This document shows positions 62,709-64,000 of a stretch of DNA of 64,000 nucleotides, piece after piece. This DNA is from the human T2T-CHM13v2.0 reference genome, Homo sapiens. Positions within the stretch are counted from its first letter, which is position 1. Each line of letters begins with the position of its first letter. The notes beneath the pieces were generated by a model. The model did no database searches, was not told where the DNA came from, and worked only from the letters and a program-made list of their open reading frames with translations. The translations under genes and the position numbers were made by a program. Location: assembly GCF_009914755.1 (NCBI RefSeq), contig NC_060925.1; one strand, written 5' to 3'.

Positions 62709-63463
62709 GTAGTCTCACCTGGTCCTGGGTGAGAGAGAGTCTGGGCCAGTGCGAGGATGCTGGGCGGGGCCATCCTTGGAGACAAAGGTGGCTACATCTG
62801 CGTTTGAGGTGCTGAGATAACTGTGTTCCCCCTATGCTTCCTGGAGAAGACTGATGGGATGGAGGTGGGGATAGGGTGAGCCCTACCCTAGAAGGAAGGC
62901 ATTAAGCTTTTGTGCTTCCTCCTTCGGTGGTGGAGATTCAGGGACTCACTCCTATAATTCCTTCAGCTTGGGTCTCTGTTGCCTCCATCAAGTGGCCGTA
63001 AGGAGCTTTCTGTCTCCAAAATCCCTACCTTAGCCCTACCCCAAACTCCCCTGCCCCCAGTGGCTTGTCCTGGCCTCACTTCCCCTTTGAGATTCTACCA
63101 TGTGATCTTGGGCTAGCCTTTTAACCTCTCTGGGCTTGTTTTCTACCCAATGCGGTGGCTGTGAAGATTAAATGTGGTTCCATAGATAAAGCACTTGGCA
63201 CGCTGGCTGGATCACAGTGAAGCATGAAGGAAATGAGGGCTGCTCTCGTTCTGTTCTGTCACATCTGTGTGTGAGGGTGAGGGAGTGGGGTGGCAGGAGA
63301 GCAACCAGTGACACAGGCCTCCCATGCCATGCTGAGGCGCTGAGGTGGACGGAGATGCACGAGATGATGTGGCATCCTTCTTGAAATCTTGGGGGATGCA
63401 GAGACAGAGAACCAGGCAGGGTCGGGGAAGCTCCAGACACTGACTCGGCCTCTGCCTCCCCAG

Positions 63464-63560
63464 GTTATCCCCTTCTCCATCCCCCAGGCAGAATACGCCA
63501 TCAAAGACTTGTACACGGGGGGATGTTTACTGATGGAGGGGCCACTCTTCTAGAGAAGCT
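63464..63560 (+). pseudogene. FAAHP1: Pseudo-exon 9 homologue
   Basis: VIPFSIPQAEYAIKDLYTG/GMFTDGGATLLEK; 97 nt (-1 in a G run); the homologous donor reads AT (atacgt). Confidence 0.88.
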
Positions 63561-63867
63561 ATACGTTATCTGCTGGGACTCAGGGGTGGGGCATGGTGGA
63601 AACAAGGTAGGGGAGTGGGCTGGAGCCAACCTGAGTCCCAGGAGGGAAACTGGGGGCCTGGGCTGGGGTGCCTCTGCCTAATAGTGTGACCTTATGCCGC
63701 AAACCACACACTGGGCCTGTCTTTAGGATGCACCTGTTCCGGGGGTGGGGCAGAAGTACATCTTTGGGTTTGGCCTCCTTCTTGTCTACGGCGTGGAAGT
63801 TGGGTGGCTGTGGGGGCAGGCCACTGGCTAAGGGCTGTGACTTACCCATCTGCGACTGGTTCCTCAG

Positions 63868-63967
63868 AGAGGGGGACATTGTGGATCCCAGCATAAAGGG
63901 CATGGTCAACCAGCTCTGCCTGCCAGACCCCTTCAAATGTTTCTTGGCCTGGATCCCAAAGTACATA
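63868..63967 (+). pseudogene. FAAHP1: Pseudo-exon 10 homologue
   Basis: EGDIVDPSIKGMVNQLCLPDPFKCFLAWIPKYI|gtaagt, 100 nt. Confidence 0.9.
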
Positions 63968-64000
63968 GTAAGTGCAGGCCCTAGTCAGGGAGGGCTTTGG

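Overview
Human (primate) genomic DNA containing the whole FAAH (fatty acid amide hydrolase) gene on the + strand and, downstream in tandem, the first ten exon homologues of its unprocessed paralogous pseudogene FAAHP1 (the FAAH-OUT locus). FAAH reads as 15 coding exons (ATG 19562, TGA 38787-38789; 1740 nt, 579 aa) with all GT-AG junctions and the K142/S217/S241 triad intact. This haplotype carries the hypomorphic c.385A (Thr129) allele. The pseudogene (49072 to beyond the window end) keeps FAAH exon phases, most exon lengths and the triad codons, but has 8 visible lesions. Directly upstream of the FAAH CpG-island promoter is a ~10.2 kb LTR10/HERV-IP10-type provirus, which contains an L1-retroposed, spliced HERV-W processed copy, which in turn contains an AluY. 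A solo HERV-K(HML-2) LTR5 lies in intron 1, and Alus are dense throughout. The FAAH/FAAH-OUT regulatory system is already published (pain-insensitivity microdeletion, FAAH-AMP enhancer). Less obvious observations are: a 36-bp duplication that copies the exon 2 splice donor in frame; two AluSp-like direct repeats 8,131 bp apart around pseudo-exon 1; a homeodomain/PBX-HOX motif cluster inside that interval; a 49-aa hydrophobic micro-ORF in pseudo-exon 1; unusually high FAAH-pseudogene identity in exon 7; and several unexplained intragenic duplications. Nearly all other ORF-track entries are Alu, ERV or low-complexity artefacts. Repeat subfamily names and repeat boundaries were assigned by eye.
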